Virus record (IMG/VR): IMGVR_UViG_3300037484_000374
Coordinates: 96,001 to 160,000 of that record
Strand: one strand, 5' to 3'
DNA: 64,000 nt
DNA from: a virus
The number at the start of each line of letters is the position of its first letter. The stretch's first letter is position 1. Of the stretch, positions 25,435 through 36,591 are shown piece after piece. A program made the position numbers and the translations under genes. The notes beneath the pieces are model-generated. The model searched no databases, was not told the origin of the DNA, and was given only the letters and a program-made list of their open reading frames with translations.

Positions 25435-28299
25435 ATGTATTTAAAAGTAACATACGCACAACAATTTGATGATTTGATCATGCATCTGAAATCAAAGTAT
25501 CCGAGAAGATTATTTGACATGGAGGGTATAGGTAAACAAACAGATATGTCCTTGTTTTCAAAGGATTTTTTCACAACGAAAACAGTAACATCTGATGTAT
25601 CTGTTGATGACAACAGTAACGTTGATGATATGTCGGTTATAACATATACCAAGGAACTACCAAAACCTTTCTTCAAGCTGAACAGCTACTATGTTCTATG
25701 GAAGAAAATGAAACAACTATATGGTAAAGCAAGAGCAAATGAAATTGTCGAGAAACAATTGACAGGTGATATTTATATCAATGATTTTACAGGTGTAGGT
25801 GCTGGAATACCGTATTGTATGAATTACAGCACGTATGATGTGGCCCTGTTGGGATTGCCGATGATCAAAAAAATTATCAGTAGTCCACCAAAATATTTAT
25901 ATTCTTTCAAATCACAGCTGGAACAGTTCGTTGTGATTGCGGCGAACAGCACACTTGGGGCCACCGGCCTTGCAGATATGTTGATTGTCATGGCTTATTA
26001 TGTTGATAAGATTTTTAGAACTGGAAAAGATGCAAGTTTTGCATTTGCCTCAGAAGAGGATGCTTGGTTATATATAAAGGAAACCATTGTGTCTTTTATA
26101 TATACAGTGAACCAACCAAACCGTGGTAATCAGTGCGTAACAGAGGATACAGAAGTTTTAACACCTGTTGGATTTAAAACATATGATATGTTATCAGAAG
26201 GCGATAGCATCTATACATGGGATAACGGCAAACTCAATATTCAAAAGGTTGATAGAGTTAATGTATATGATTATGATGGTGAAATGCACTGCTATACCGG
26301 AAGGGATTTTTGCCAGTGCGTAACACCAAACCATAGAATACTACACAAGAAGAATAATAATAGGGATGAGTATTTATTATCAGAGTCATGTAATCTAATA
26401 GATAAAAAAACTCCATTAACAGTGCCAGTGGCAATGATAGAGGATGACAGAGAAGATTATAATATATCTGATGATATGTTAAAACTTTGTGTTATGATTT
26501 TAACAGATGGGAATATCGATACAGAAAAAAATGGTAGGATTAAATTATATAAGTCACCCAAAAGGTATGGTAACAAATTAATAAAAGAAACTTTGGAATC
26601 ATTGGGGGTGGATTATAGTCTTATAGAAAGACCATCTGTTTTTGATGGAACAGTAAACCATTATGATATAACAACAGATAACTCACAAGAAATTTTAAAT
26701 ATATTAAATAGTACAAAAAAAGAACTACCCGATTGGTTTTTTAATCTTAGCAAAAGACAAGCAAATATAGCTATTGATTTATGGTCTAAATTTGATGGTT
26801 ATAACGGTGATAATAGACAAAAGTTACAGTGTGATAATTATAAAATTGCGGATCAACTACAACATGTTTGTTTTCTTGCTGGGAGAGGAAGCAGAATAAC
26901 AAGCAGACTAATTGGCAACAATAAAAAAGAAACAATATATCTCATTCCTTATAATAGAATTAATAAGGATGCATGTAAAAAAGAAAAAATTCACTATAAA
27001 GGAAAAGTGTGGTGTCCATCAACAAAAGACGGGGTTGTTGTTTTTAGAAAAAATGGAAAGGTTTTTATATCTGGAAACTCACCATTCACCAATATTTCAA
27101 TATTTGATGATAATTTCCTTAATGAATTAGCACCAGATTATCGATTCGTTGAGGGTGATGAAGTCATAACTCCAAAGGTATCGACAATCAAAAAGCTACA
27201 AGAAATGTTTCTTCATTCGATGAACCATGAACTAAGACGAACACCTATAACATTCCCAATAACAACGGCGTGTTTTAGTGTTGATGAGGATCATAATATT
27301 CAGGATGAGAACTTTTTAGATTTGATCAGCAAAGAAAATATAGAATTCGGATTTATTAATATGTATGCTGGAAAAACATCAACGTTATCAAGCTGTTGCA
27401 GACTTCGCAGTGATAAATCAAACGAATACTTTAACTCTTTTGGGTCTGGTTCAACCAAGATAGGAAGCCTTGGAGTGTGTACAATTAACTTACCGAGAAT
27501 AGCCTTTGAAAATAAAGGAAACTCAGAGGCTTTTATTGATAAGCTGATTGAACTTGCTGTTGATTGTCAGCATGTAAATAATGCAAAAAGAAGCATTATT
27601 AAAAAGCGTATTGAGTCCGGTAACCTTCCACTGTATGATCATGGGTTTATGGATATAAACAAACAATATTCCACCATCGGTGTTAATGGCTTCTATGAGG
27701 CCGTAACTGAAATGGGATATGATATAATGTCAAATGAAGGACAGGAATTTGCCATAATGATTTTAGAAACCCTGAACACTGTAAATGATAGACTACAGAA
27801 ACAATACGAAGCACCTCATAATGTCGAGCAGGTTCCTGGGGAAAGCCTCAGTGTTAAGTTGGCCTCTAAAGATAAGCTGTTTAGGATTCAGGACAAATAT
27901 GATTTTTACTCTAACCAATTTATCCCCCTTATATGTAAAGCTGATTTGTTAGACAGAATAACATTGCAGGGATTATTTGATAGCCATTTCAGCGGCGGGG
28001 CCATTGCTCATTTAAATGTAGAGCAGAGAATTGAGGACTATAATATTGTAAAGAAATTGATTCGTAGTGCTGTGAAGAAAGGTGTTATCTATTTCGCCGT
28101 GAATTACACGTTACAGCGATGTGCAAAGAGTCACATGAGTGTCGGTAGGGGTGATAAGTGCTACTGTGGTGCTGATATAATAGAGACATATCAACGAGTT
28201 GTTGGTTTTCTCACAGCGACACGCACATGGAATAAGACCAGAAGAGAGCTTGACGAGCCAAATAGGGTGTTTTATAAAAACAGTGATATAAAATTTTAA
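25435..28299 (+). CDS. nrdD: anaerobic (class III) ribonucleotide reductase with intein
   Basis: SPFTNIS, SSCCRL, GVCTINLPR, EQVPGES, SGGAIAH, RVVGFL glycyl-radical loop. Confidence 0.93.
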   Translation: MYLKVTYAQQFDDLIMHLKSKYPRRLFDMEGIGKQTDMSLFSKDFFTTKTVTSDVSVDDNSNVDDMSVITYTKELPKPFFKLNSYYVLWKKMKQLYGKARANEIVEKQLTGDIYINDFTGVGAGIPYCMNYSTYDVALLGLPMIKKIISSPPKYLYSFKSQLEQFVVIAANSTLGATGLADMLIVMAYYVDKIFRTGKDASFAFASEEDAWLYIKETIVSFIYTVNQPNRGNQCVTEDTEVLTPVGFKTYDMLSEGDSIYTWDNGKLNIQKVDRVNVYDYDGEMHCYTGRDFCQCVTPNHRILHKKNNNRDEYLLSESCNLIDKKTPLTVPVAMIEDDREDYNISDDMLKLCVMILTDGNIDTEKNGRIKLYKSPKRYGNKLIKETLESLGVDYSLIERPSVFDGTVNHYDITTDNSQEILNILNSTKKELPDWFFNLSKRQANIAIDLWSKFDGYNGDNRQKLQCDNYKIADQLQHVCFLAGRGSRITSRLIGNNKKETIYLIPYNRINKDACKKEKIHYKGKVWCPSTKDGVVVFRKNGKVFISGNSPFTNISIFDDNFLNELAPDYRFVEGDEVITPKVSTIKKLQEMFLHSMNHELRRTPITFPITTACFSVDEDHNIQDENFLDLISKENIEFGFINMYAGKTSTLSSCCRLRSDKSNEYFNSFGSGSTKIGSLGVCTINLPRIAFENKGNSEAFIDKLIELAVDCQHVNNAKRSIIKKRIESGNLPLYDHGFMDINKQYSTIGVNGFYEAVTEMGYDIMSNEGQEFAIMILETLNTVNDRLQKQYEAPHNVEQVPGESLSVKLASKDKLFRIQDKYDFYSNQFIPLICKADLLDRITLQGLFDSHFSGGAIAHLNVEQRIEDYNIVKKLIRSAVKKGVIYFAVNYTLQRCAKSHMSVGRGDKCYCGADIIETYQRVVGFLTATRTWNKTRRELDEPNRVFYKNSDIKF
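26134..27078 (+). mobile_element. intein with LAGLIDADG endonuclease (315 aa) in nrdD
   Basis: Q|CVTEDTEVLT...VTPNHRI...ILTDG...SKFDG...VFISGN|SPF. Confidence 0.9.
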
Positions 28300-28463
28300 A
28301 AATAAACCATTATAGTTGACATCACGGGTATATTTTAGTATAATGTATAAAAAGAAAAGAAGATCACCGAAATTTTTTATTAATTCTATGAAAAATATAA
28401 TAAATAAGGGATATATAGCTTTTAAAAACAAAAATTATAGTAAAGTATTTATAGGAGAAAATT

Positions 28464-28931
28464 ATGAATATTGCAGGTGTTGATTATACGTTAAAAACAC
28501 AGTCTATAGATATATATCTATCAGGCTGTCATCCACCACATTGTCAGGGTTGTCACAATCCAGAGGCATGGGATTTTAATGTGGGTCACCCATATGATGA
28601 GGTTACTTGTAAACTTATCTTAGAAAAGATTGCCAATAATTCAGATATCGTTGATAACATTTTTGTTATGGGTGGGGAACCACTTGACCAACCATTATTT
28701 GAATTGATGACCCTTCTTGGTGATCTAAGAGAAGCGGGAAAAGCAATCTGGTTGTTTACTCGATATGAACTCGATGATATTTCTCCAGAAATAGGTATAA
28801 TGTGTGATTATATAAAGACAGGCCGATATGTTGAATCACTGACATACGGAACCGTTGAAAGATACGGTCTAAAATTAGCCACCCTAAATCAAAGAGTGTG
28901 GAAAAGGGGAGTAGATTATTTCAATGAATAA
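28464..28931 (+). CDS. nrdG: anaerobic RNR activating enzyme (radical SAM)
   Basis: GCHPPHCQGCHNPEAWDF, GGEPLDQ, DYIKTGRY; next to nrdD. Confidence 0.92.
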   Translation: MNIAGVDYTLKTQSIDIYLSGCHPPHCQGCHNPEAWDFNVGHPYDEVTCKLILEKIANNSDIVDNIFVMGGEPLDQPLFELMTLLGDLREAGKAIWLFTRYELDDISPEIGIMCDYIKTGRYVESLTYGTVERYGLKLATLNQRVWKRGVDYFNE

Positions 28932-29187
28932 GCAACAGCAACCACAACAGATTAGTTTTGATGTTAGGCAAGCGGAAACAATGGTTTGTCCAAAATGTAA
29001 CTGTCCTGTATGGGATACTAAAACAGTTCTGAAACGTGTATCAGCTATTATAGCTGGAACAGAGCAGATTGCCCAAGTACCAGTTTTGGTTTGTGCAAAT
29101 TGCGGAACCTGTGCCCCGGGAACAGAAGCCATTATCGGTGAAGTAAAAGCACCAGAAGGAGTACCATCAACAATACTTACAAAATAA
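28924..29187 (+). CDS. zinc-ribbon hypothetical protein
   Basis: CPKC...CANCG. Confidence 0.6.
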   Translation: MNKQQQPQQISFDVRQAETMVCPKCNCPVWDTKTVLKRVSAIIAGTEQIAQVPVLVCANCGTCAPGTEAIIGEVKAPEGVPSTILTK

Positions 29188-29196
29188 GAGGATAAT

Positions 29197-29706
29197 ATGT
29201 TTGAGTATAATGAAGTATCAGATGCTATAGACAATTTAATTAAGTTGAATATGAAGATCAGGAAAAATTTAGACCCTGATATACGTATGAATATATCAGC
29301 TGGTTCTTTTGCCGTTGACTTCTGTACAGTAAGATTTAACATAGGCAGAAGGGTAGGGAAGACCAGATACATAGAAGAACATGCCGATGATCATTCATTA
29401 ACGATTGTTGCTAATCATCATATTAGAAGAAACCTGAGAAACACAAAAGGTATGATCTTCACAGCACATGAAATTGATAGCGGTGGTTTGCATATACAGA
29501 ACCAAACTCGATATCTTGATGGTGATTCAAAATTCTCGGGAGTGGATCATTATAAATCAGATGGTAAAATATTTGAGTTTACCAGAGTATATGTTGATGA
29601 ACCATCTTTCGTGTTTAAAGACAAAAATCACATGTTGGATATCTATCATATAATTTGTAGACTCAATAGAAACACAACACCAACTTTTATTTTATTGGGG
29701 TCGTGA
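29197..29706 (+). CDS. hypothetical protein with degenerate P-loop
   Basis: GRRVGKT and VYVDEP Walker A/B-like motifs. Confidence 0.5.
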   Translation: MFEYNEVSDAIDNLIKLNMKIRKNLDPDIRMNISAGSFAVDFCTVRFNIGRRVGKTRYIEEHADDHSLTIVANHHIRRNLRNTKGMIFTAHEIDSGGLHIQNQTRYLDGDSKFSGVDHYKSDGKIFEFTRVYVDEPSFVFKDKNHMLDIYHIICRLNRNTTPTFILLGS

Positions 29707-30407
29707 TGATATGAAGCTGAACTTGTGTTCACCAAAAAGCCCGTGCTGTAAAGCTGATTGGGTAAATATAGAATGTCCTGAGTGTAGTGGATCAGGTGAG
29801 GTAGATGAGTTGTTTGATGGTAACTATACACTATGTACATATTGTGATGGCATGGGGTATTATGATCATCTTGTCGAGTGTGAAAAATGTGGCCAAGAAT
29901 TTTCATTTGATAACTGAGGAATAAGAAATGCTGAAACCAAACGAATTAGTAGAATGCCCAACATGTAGAAATAAGATTGAATATGGCTCTTTTGTATATA
30001 GCCAATATATTAACAAAGAGATTTGTTGTATGTGCCAAGACAACATGAGCAATTATCTTAACGATGGTGGCAATCAACAGAGTTATGTGAGTAGGGACAT
30101 GGCAATGGATGCCGGTGATCTAAGTTTAGAAGGATGGGAGATTTAGTGTTTATACCAAAACACTTTAAAGAATGGTTTAATAAGTGGGGTGTAAAAGATG
30201 GTATTGGTGAACCTTATGATGCCACTTTCTTATAGAGCATATCAGAAAGGTAAAAAGGATGCTGTAAAAAATGTAATACCAATCAGTGACACTGGTGGAG
30301 AGTATAATATTTGGCATCGAAACGCCGTTAGGAAAAAATAACTATTGACTTTTATTTTAAATGTGGTATTGTGTTTTTAAGATAAAAATTCAATTGAGGT
30401 ACACAAC

Positions 30408-30692
30408 ATGAGAAACAAACCGATGACATGCTCAGAGATCGCAAGGGGTACGGGTACAACAAGGCAGAACGTTTCCCAAACTCTGAAAAAGGCAATGGGG
30501 AAAATTTATAACTCAGTTCTCGAAGAGTATAAGTCACCGTGGAAAACTGTAAATGCTATGATGCATATCTTGGGGGTAAACAACCAAACACCTCATGATA
30601 TTGAGGAGTTTTTTCAAATGCTCCCGTCAAAAATTCGTGAGGAAGCTAAAGAAGATGCCAAGAAAATATGGAAATTACACCCCGACATGTAG
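30408..30692 (+). CDS. HTH DNA-binding protein (sigma region 4-like)
   Basis: MTCSEIARGTGTTRQNVSQTLKKAMGKI. Confidence 0.65.
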   Translation: MRNKPMTCSEIARGTGTTRQNVSQTLKKAMGKIYNSVLEEYKSPWKTVNAMMHILGVNNQTPHDIEEFFQMLPSKIREEAKEDAKKIWKLHPDM

Positions 30693-31516
30693 CACCTGTA
30701 TATATTGTGTAGATGACAGAGGGTGGTTCTCATGTGAAAACGATATGTTTTCCGGTAAGACAATAAACCAACTCGTTTTCCTTACACCAATTATTCTTGA
30801 ATGTATTGAGTATGAGAGAAGACCAGAGTAAATTAATTTTTTAAAGTGATGGGGCTATGAGAAATGATACACCAGAACCACCACCAATAGATCAAGGTGG
30901 GTATTATGCATGAAATAATATTACAGGAAAGGCGATCATGGATATAGCATATATTGAATCATATCATGGAGATTGGGTTTCTTATACAATTTTAAAACCT
31001 ACTGGTAGATGGAGAATGGAAAGTGGGTCATATGGTAAAGATGACATCTTTGTCGAGCACCAAACATTTATATGGTTTATAAAATGGTGGATACATGAAG
31101 ATGATATTCATTTTCTTCCAGAGCCAGAGGTCATTCAATTTAATTGTAAGAAAAGATAGGGGGGGTAATAGATGAAAATTAAAAAGATGTGTAAGATATG
31201 TGGTCTGAGGCCAGCCACCAGACTGGTAGAAATTGAACGCCGCTTATTCTATACTTAGCAGACCAGTTAAAAGCTATCCTGTCTTTGAATTATACACTCA
31301 TAATCCAAGAAACGGAACACGACACCATTTAGAAAGTAAACATGAAATAGATAATGGTAATGATAGATATAATGTTTATCTTAATGGGAACAAATGGCGT
31401 AATCAATGGAGTAGATATAGATTTACAAAATGGTTGTTTGACAGAATTGATTCTGTTTTTGTAGGGTAATATAATATGTTTACAATAAATAAAATATATA
31501 TTATAATTAATACATA

Positions 31517-32557
31517 ATGATAGACCAAAGTAAAGTACATGAAATATGTTACCAGCACCTTGTCAATGTTTCTATAAACGCCAATGGTGGTGTATGGGCA
31601 AGGTGTCCTTTCTGTGGTGACTCTAAAAAATCCAAAAAAATCAAAAGGTTCCATCTCGATTATTATGGAAAATATGACGAGTGGGTATTCAAATGCTACA
31701 ATGGTGGGTGTAATCCCGGCACTGGAAACATTTTTACGCTATATGCTTTTGTAAAGGGTATATCCCAAAAAGAAGCGTACCGTGAATTGGTTGATCCAGT
31801 ATATAATGAAGACACCATTCGGAAACGTCTGAGCACAGTCACAGCCTCACCAATTATTGAAGAGGATGTTAAAAATAATTTTCTTGATATTGATCTTAAA
31901 AATGATTGTATATCTCTCTCAAGTGAGACAACAACAAAAATAGATGAACGGTATCAGGAAGTTCTTAGAAGGTTTGTTACAAGAAGAAAGGTTCCCATTG
32001 AGGCTTATATTGCTGTAAGGGGTCGATACAAAAATAGAATCATATTGCCTTTGTGGATTCACGGCAAACTTGAATATTTCCAAGCAAGGAAAATATTCGA
32101 TGAGATGGAGCCTAAATTTTTAAACCCCGTGGTCGATAAGAGATCGATTGTATTGAACATCGACAATTTTGACAGAGATAAATTTATCATCATCACCGAG
32201 GGTTTACTGGATGCATATATGGTAAACTATGACCAAGGGACTACAGTTCTCGGTGGGTGTTATAAAGATGAGTTCATCAACCTATTATTACCACACACTG
32301 ATAGGGGTGTTATCATAGCACCTGATAATATCAAGATCGACAAGACCGGCAGTGAAGAAATAAAAAAATTCGTAACGAATTCTACCTATCGCCATTCCAA
32401 ACTGGTTCAATATTTTTTAATGCCATATAATAATGTCAAAGACCTTAATGAGTTGGTTATGAAAAAGGATATTGATAACGTATATGATTTCATATTAAAA
32501 AATACCAACAATTCTTTTAAATTTCTCACAAAAGTCAAATTAAATACCTCTTATTAA
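31517..32557 (+). CDS. DNA primase (T4 gp61-like)
   Basis: RCPFCGDSKK...FKCYNGGC, RIILP, YFQAR, ITEGLLDA, PDN, KDLNE. Confidence 0.9.
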   Translation: MIDQSKVHEICYQHLVNVSINANGGVWARCPFCGDSKKSKKIKRFHLDYYGKYDEWVFKCYNGGCNPGTGNIFTLYAFVKGISQKEAYRELVDPVYNEDTIRKRLSTVTASPIIEEDVKNNFLDIDLKNDCISLSSETTTKIDERYQEVLRRFVTRRKVPIEAYIAVRGRYKNRIILPLWIHGKLEYFQARKIFDEMEPKFLNPVVDKRSIVLNIDNFDRDKFIIITEGLLDAYMVNYDQGTTVLGGCYKDEFINLLLPHTDRGVIIAPDNIKIDKTGSEEIKKFVTNSTYRHSKLVQYFLMPYNNVKDLNELVMKKDIDNVYDFILKNTNNSFKFLTKVKLNTSY

Positions 32558-32607
32558 TATAAATAGTAGTGTAGTTGTATTACTATTGTTTATATTGGAG
32601 GTCAACA

Positions 32608-33081
32608 ATGAAGATAGCTCATCAGGGGCGTGATGTGATTAGGATCGATGACGGTGATTATAATACTATTTCCAAACATGATTTTGGTAGGGTTCATTTA
32701 ATAAAGATCGATTTCTGTGATCCAACAAATGAAAAAATGAATTGGTTACTTGATATGTTTCCGAAAACCAACAGATTCATTGTTGATGATAATATCAGGT
32801 TCTATAATTCTTTTCTAAGAAACACAAACAAAAAATACTACATAAGTAACAGGGTGGGTGATAGACTTATTACTTTCTATAAGAAAAACAATAAGGTATT
32901 ACTTGACACCACCAAACTTACCGAACTCGAAAGACAATTCGTTTTCCTTGTTGATTTAGAAGATGTTCTTTTGAACACCGAGGTAATGATAGTCACCGGA
33001 GAGAAATATGAAGAGAATGTTAATATCTTCAATGGTTGGTTTGGTAATCTTATTATTGATGATAAAACATACAAAATATAA
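32608..33081 (+). CDS. hypothetical protein
   Basis: GGAGG RBS before MKIAHQG, late promoter at 32558. Confidence 0.6.
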   Translation: MKIAHQGRDVIRIDDGDYNTISKHDFGRVHLIKIDFCDPTNEKMNWLLDMFPKTNRFIVDDNIRFYNSFLRNTNKKYYISNRVGDRLITFYKKNNKVLLDTTKLTELERQFVFLVDLEDVLLNTEVMIVTGEKYEENVNIFNGWFGNLIIDDKTYKI

Positions 33082-33093
33082 GGAAAAATATTA

Positions 33094-33951
33094 ATGTCGG
33101 TTTTGTGTTGTGGTCCATATATAGGCGATTTCGAGCAAGAGATAATGTGTTTCAGGCCAATGATGACCTACGTTCATTTTGTGTTGGGAGAACCAGTAAC
33201 ATTTTTATCATCTCATCGCAATAGAAGATTTATGTATGATTGGATAGATGATAAAAATTTTCTACCAACATATGGAATGCTATCAAGAGATGAGAGCAAG
33301 CAACACGGGTACATACATGAATACGTGTCAGCCCGTGACTATAATATTTTCGTGAAATCATTCAAGGATTTTGCCTCGATCAAAACAAATGCTCTTAAAC
33401 GAGACATAGACCACCACACCGTCCAGTACCTAAAGACAACCCCTCGATATTCAATATATAATAAAATATTCGATCCTATTGAAATTCCAAAAGTTGACAT
33501 GAACACCAAGTTCATGAGGGAATTCAAAAAGGGTGACTATACTGTTTTCGTTCCAGATAACAGTATTTCAGTTAAAGAATCAAAGCACATTTACAAAGAG
33601 CTAAAAAAGTTGTATAATGTAATTGTAATAGGTGATATGAAATGTCATCTTCCAGATGAAAATATTCTTCTCAAAAGAGTTGACTACTTTGAGAATGGAT
33701 ATAAATACATATTTAATTTACTCAACAATGCACAGTTGGTGGTAACACCCTGTAGCCATTGGACTTTCTTGTGCAACCTACAGGGATGGCCTGTTATAAG
33801 TTGGGGTGAGTCACCATCTATATATAAAGAGGATGGAATTTTTGGGTTCGGTAATAAGAATAGTATAATACCCCATAACAAGGGTGATAGTAATAAAAGA
33901 ATAGTTGATCATGTAAAATATGTGATGGATGAGATATCGAGGAGATTTTAG
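33094..33951 (+). CDS. putative glycosyltransferase (GT9-like C-terminus)
   Basis: AQLVVTPCSHWTFLCNLQGWPVISWG resembles the GT9 C-terminal motif. Confidence 0.5.
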   Translation: MSVLCCGPYIGDFEQEIMCFRPMMTYVHFVLGEPVTFLSSHRNRRFMYDWIDDKNFLPTYGMLSRDESKQHGYIHEYVSARDYNIFVKSFKDFASIKTNALKRDIDHHTVQYLKTTPRYSIYNKIFDPIEIPKVDMNTKFMREFKKGDYTVFVPDNSISVKESKHIYKELKKLYNVIVIGDMKCHLPDENILLKRVDYFENGYKYIFNLLNNAQLVVTPCSHWTFLCNLQGWPVISWGESPSIYKEDGIFGFGNKNSIIPHNKGDSNKRIVDHVKYVMDEISRRF

Positions 33952-33952
33952 G

Positions 33953-34132
33953 ATGCCAATGTATGAATTTAAATGTAGGGTCTGTGGGAAAGTAACGGAG
34001 AAGATTGTACCGTTCGGCACAAAAACCCATGACTGTTGGTACTGTGGTACAGAAGCAAAGAAAATAATGTCAGAAACAAACTGGAGTTTGAAAGGAGCCG
34101 GTTGGTACGGCACCACCAATCCTAAAAAATAG
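33953..34132 (+). CDS. FmdB-family zinc ribbon protein
   Basis: MPMYEFKCRVCG...CWYCG...LKGAGWY. Confidence 0.8.
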   Translation: MPMYEFKCRVCGKVTEKIVPFGTKTHDCWYCGTEAKKIMSETNWSLKGAGWYGTTNPKK

Positions 34133-34261
34133 GGAATAACAATGCAAGAATACTGTTGTATTCTCTGTAAGCATGAGTTTACAGACAACAACGGTATTTG
34201 TCCACAATGTGGAAGTAAAAAAACTATAAAAAAATATAGGTAAAATGTAAGGAGAAGACAA

Positions 34262-34516
34262 ATGCCAATCTATGACTACAGATGCCCCAAGTGTGAAGAG
34301 GAAAAGATAGACGTTTATGCAAAATATGAGGATGTTCAGTTATGTGATAAGTGTAGGGAACAAATGGTAAAAAATTGTAACTGTAGTCATTTCAAACTTG
34401 TTTATAATAACAAAACTGATATGTGTTCGTGGCAGGGTGAATCCTCACAATACTGGATGGAATATAAGAAACAAAAAGCAGAAGGAAAAAATGTTAAGCC
34501 CTATGGAGAAGATTGA
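34262..34516 (+). CDS. FmdB-family zinc ribbon protein
   Basis: MPIYDYRCPKC...CDKC. Confidence 0.7.
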   Translation: MPIYDYRCPKCEEEKIDVYAKYEDVQLCDKCREQMVKNCNCSHFKLVYNNKTDMCSWQGESSQYWMEYKKQKAEGKNVKPYGED

Positions 34517-34522
34517 TTAAAT

Positions 34523-35392
34523 ATGCCCAAGAAACTATCATATGATTATGTAAAGGAGCAGATTGAAAAAGAAGGATTTGAATTAGTAAGTAAAGAATAT
34601 ATAAATGCTAATAGTAAATTAAAAACCAATTGCCCGGAAGGTCACGAACATAATATAACATTTGGTAATTGGAAAGCAGGTTATCGATGCCCAGAATGTG
34701 CTGGTAATAAAAAACTAACATATGAACCTGTAAAAGAACAAATTGAAAATGAAGGGTATAAATTATTAGGTAAGGAATATAAAAATGCATTTACTAAATT
34801 AAAAGTAAAATGTCCTGTAGGACATGAGTATAAAGTAACATGGAATTGTTTCCAACAAGGCAAGAGATGTCCTGAGTGTGTTGGTGGGGTAAAACTATCA
34901 TATGATTATGTAAAAGAATATATTGAAAAAGAAGGGTTTGAATTAGTAAGTGATGAATATAAGAATAAAGAAACATATTTATTAATTAAATGTTCAAAAG
35001 GTCATGTTGTGAGTAGAAAGTGGTATGTTTTCCAACAAAATCCAATATGCCCAGAATGTGTGTTTAATGAGAAAGTTTCAAAACCTGAAAATATATTATT
35101 TGATTTTGTTAATAACATATATACAAATAAAATAATACAAAACGATAGATCACAGATTATAAACCCACTAACAAGTTGTAATCTTGAATTGGATATATGG
35201 TTACCTGAATTAAACAAGGCTATAGAATTTAACGGAAGATATTGGCACACACTTCCAGAAGTAGTACAACGAGATTATATTAAATACCAACAATGCAGAG
35301 AAAAGGGTATTGATTTGCTGGTAATCAACGAAGAAAATTGGATAAATAATAGGGAAGGTTGTTTACAAAAAGTAAAAGAATTTATATTGTAA
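34523..35392 (+). CDS. putative homing endonuclease, paralog of 4516-5421
   Basis: three CxxGH...CPEC repeats, LELDIWLPELNKAIEFNGRYWH. Confidence 0.75.
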   Translation: MPKKLSYDYVKEQIEKEGFELVSKEYINANSKLKTNCPEGHEHNITFGNWKAGYRCPECAGNKKLTYEPVKEQIENEGYKLLGKEYKNAFTKLKVKCPVGHEYKVTWNCFQQGKRCPECVGGVKLSYDYVKEYIEKEGFELVSDEYKNKETYLLIKCSKGHVVSRKWYVFQQNPICPECVFNEKVSKPENILFDFVNNIYTNKIIQNDRSQIINPLTSCNLELDIWLPELNKAIEFNGRYWHTLPEVVQRDYIKYQQCREKGIDLLVINEENWINNREGCLQKVKEFIL

Positions 35393-35417
35393 GCTGTACA
35401 TAAAAAAGGAGAAAGGT

Positions 35418-36590
35418 ATGAAAACACTAATTTGTGGCTGGGATGGATATATTGGGACAGCACTTGTTCAGAGGTTACTCAGGGAAGGTCATTCAGTTGT
35501 CGCTCTTGATAATTATGATAGAAGGACCGCTGTTAATGAAATGAACAGTGTTTCGTTTACAGATATTCTTGATATAAATGCTAAGAAGAAAGAACTATTA
35601 ACTCTTGGTAATATCAGATTTTTAGTTGCTGATATTGCAGACCCACAAACAGAATATCTTCATTTAAAATTTCGAGCATATGGTAAGTTCGATAATATCA
35701 TAAATCTCGCACATTGTCCATCGGGGCCATTTTCTATGGTCGATCAAGTACATGCAAACTATGTTTTAAATAATAATATCATCGGAACCAATAATCTATT
35801 ATGGGCAATGAAACAATATTGCCCAGAAGCCCACTACATAACAATCGGCTCAACGGGCGAATATGACCACCAGAGCCTTGTTGATATCCAAGAGGGGTAC
35901 TTTAAATTTACCCACAATGGCAGAGAATCAGCAGAGATGATTTTCCCCCGCCGCCCAGGTTCTATCTACCATACGTCAAAAACAGCGTCCACATATCTGA
36001 TTGATCTGATTACTCGTTCATGGGATATACGATGTACAGACGTACAACAGGCTGTTGTATTCGGTATCTATACTGATGACATCAAAGAAACTGGTATCCA
36101 GACTCGATTGGATACCGATCAATGCTTTGGAACGGTTCTTAATAGATTCTGTGTACAGGCTCTTATTGGTGAACCACTAACTATCTATGGTGAAGGTAAG
36201 CACCAGAGAGGTTTCCTTTCATTGAATGACAGCGTACAGGCTCTTATGATCGCTGTGAACAACCCAGCACCAAAGGGTAGAGTTCAGGTCTGGAATCAGT
36301 TATCGGAATGGCAATCAATTAATGATATCGCACAGATGGTTGTTGATGTTGCAGAGGAATATTCTATCAATGTAGAAACAAAACATATTCCAACACCTCG
36401 AAAGGAAAGCACATCAGATCATTATTACAATTATGTTTCTGATATATTAAAAGGGTTTGGTTATGTTCCTTCCAGAACAATCAAGGATGAAATAAGACAT
36501 ATTCTTGAATATGGAATAAATCACACACTGACAAAAGAAAAAAGAAACATACTTAAAGCCAATGTAAAACCAACTATTACGTGGAAGTAA
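35418..36590 (+). CDS. sqdB: UDP-sulfoquinovose synthase (SqdB/SQD1/Agl3 family SDR)
   Basis: GWDGYIG, NNIIGTNNLLWAM, PGSIYHTSK, TRLDTDQCFGTVLNRFCVQA, PLTIYGEG.HQRGF. Confidence 0.88.
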   Translation: MKTLICGWDGYIGTALVQRLLREGHSVVALDNYDRRTAVNEMNSVSFTDILDINAKKKELLTLGNIRFLVADIADPQTEYLHLKFRAYGKFDNIINLAHCPSGPFSMVDQVHANYVLNNNIIGTNNLLWAMKQYCPEAHYITIGSTGEYDHQSLVDIQEGYFKFTHNGRESAEMIFPRRPGSIYHTSKTASTYLIDLITRSWDIRCTDVQQAVVFGIYTDDIKETGIQTRLDTDQCFGTVLNRFCVQALIGEPLTIYGEGKHQRGFLSLNDSVQALMIAVNNPAPKGRVQVWNQLSEWQSINDIAQMVVDVAEEYSINVETKHIPTPRKESTSDHYYNYVSDILKGFGYVPSRTIKDEIRHILEYGINHTLTKEKRNILKANVKPTITWK

Positions 36591-36591
36591 A

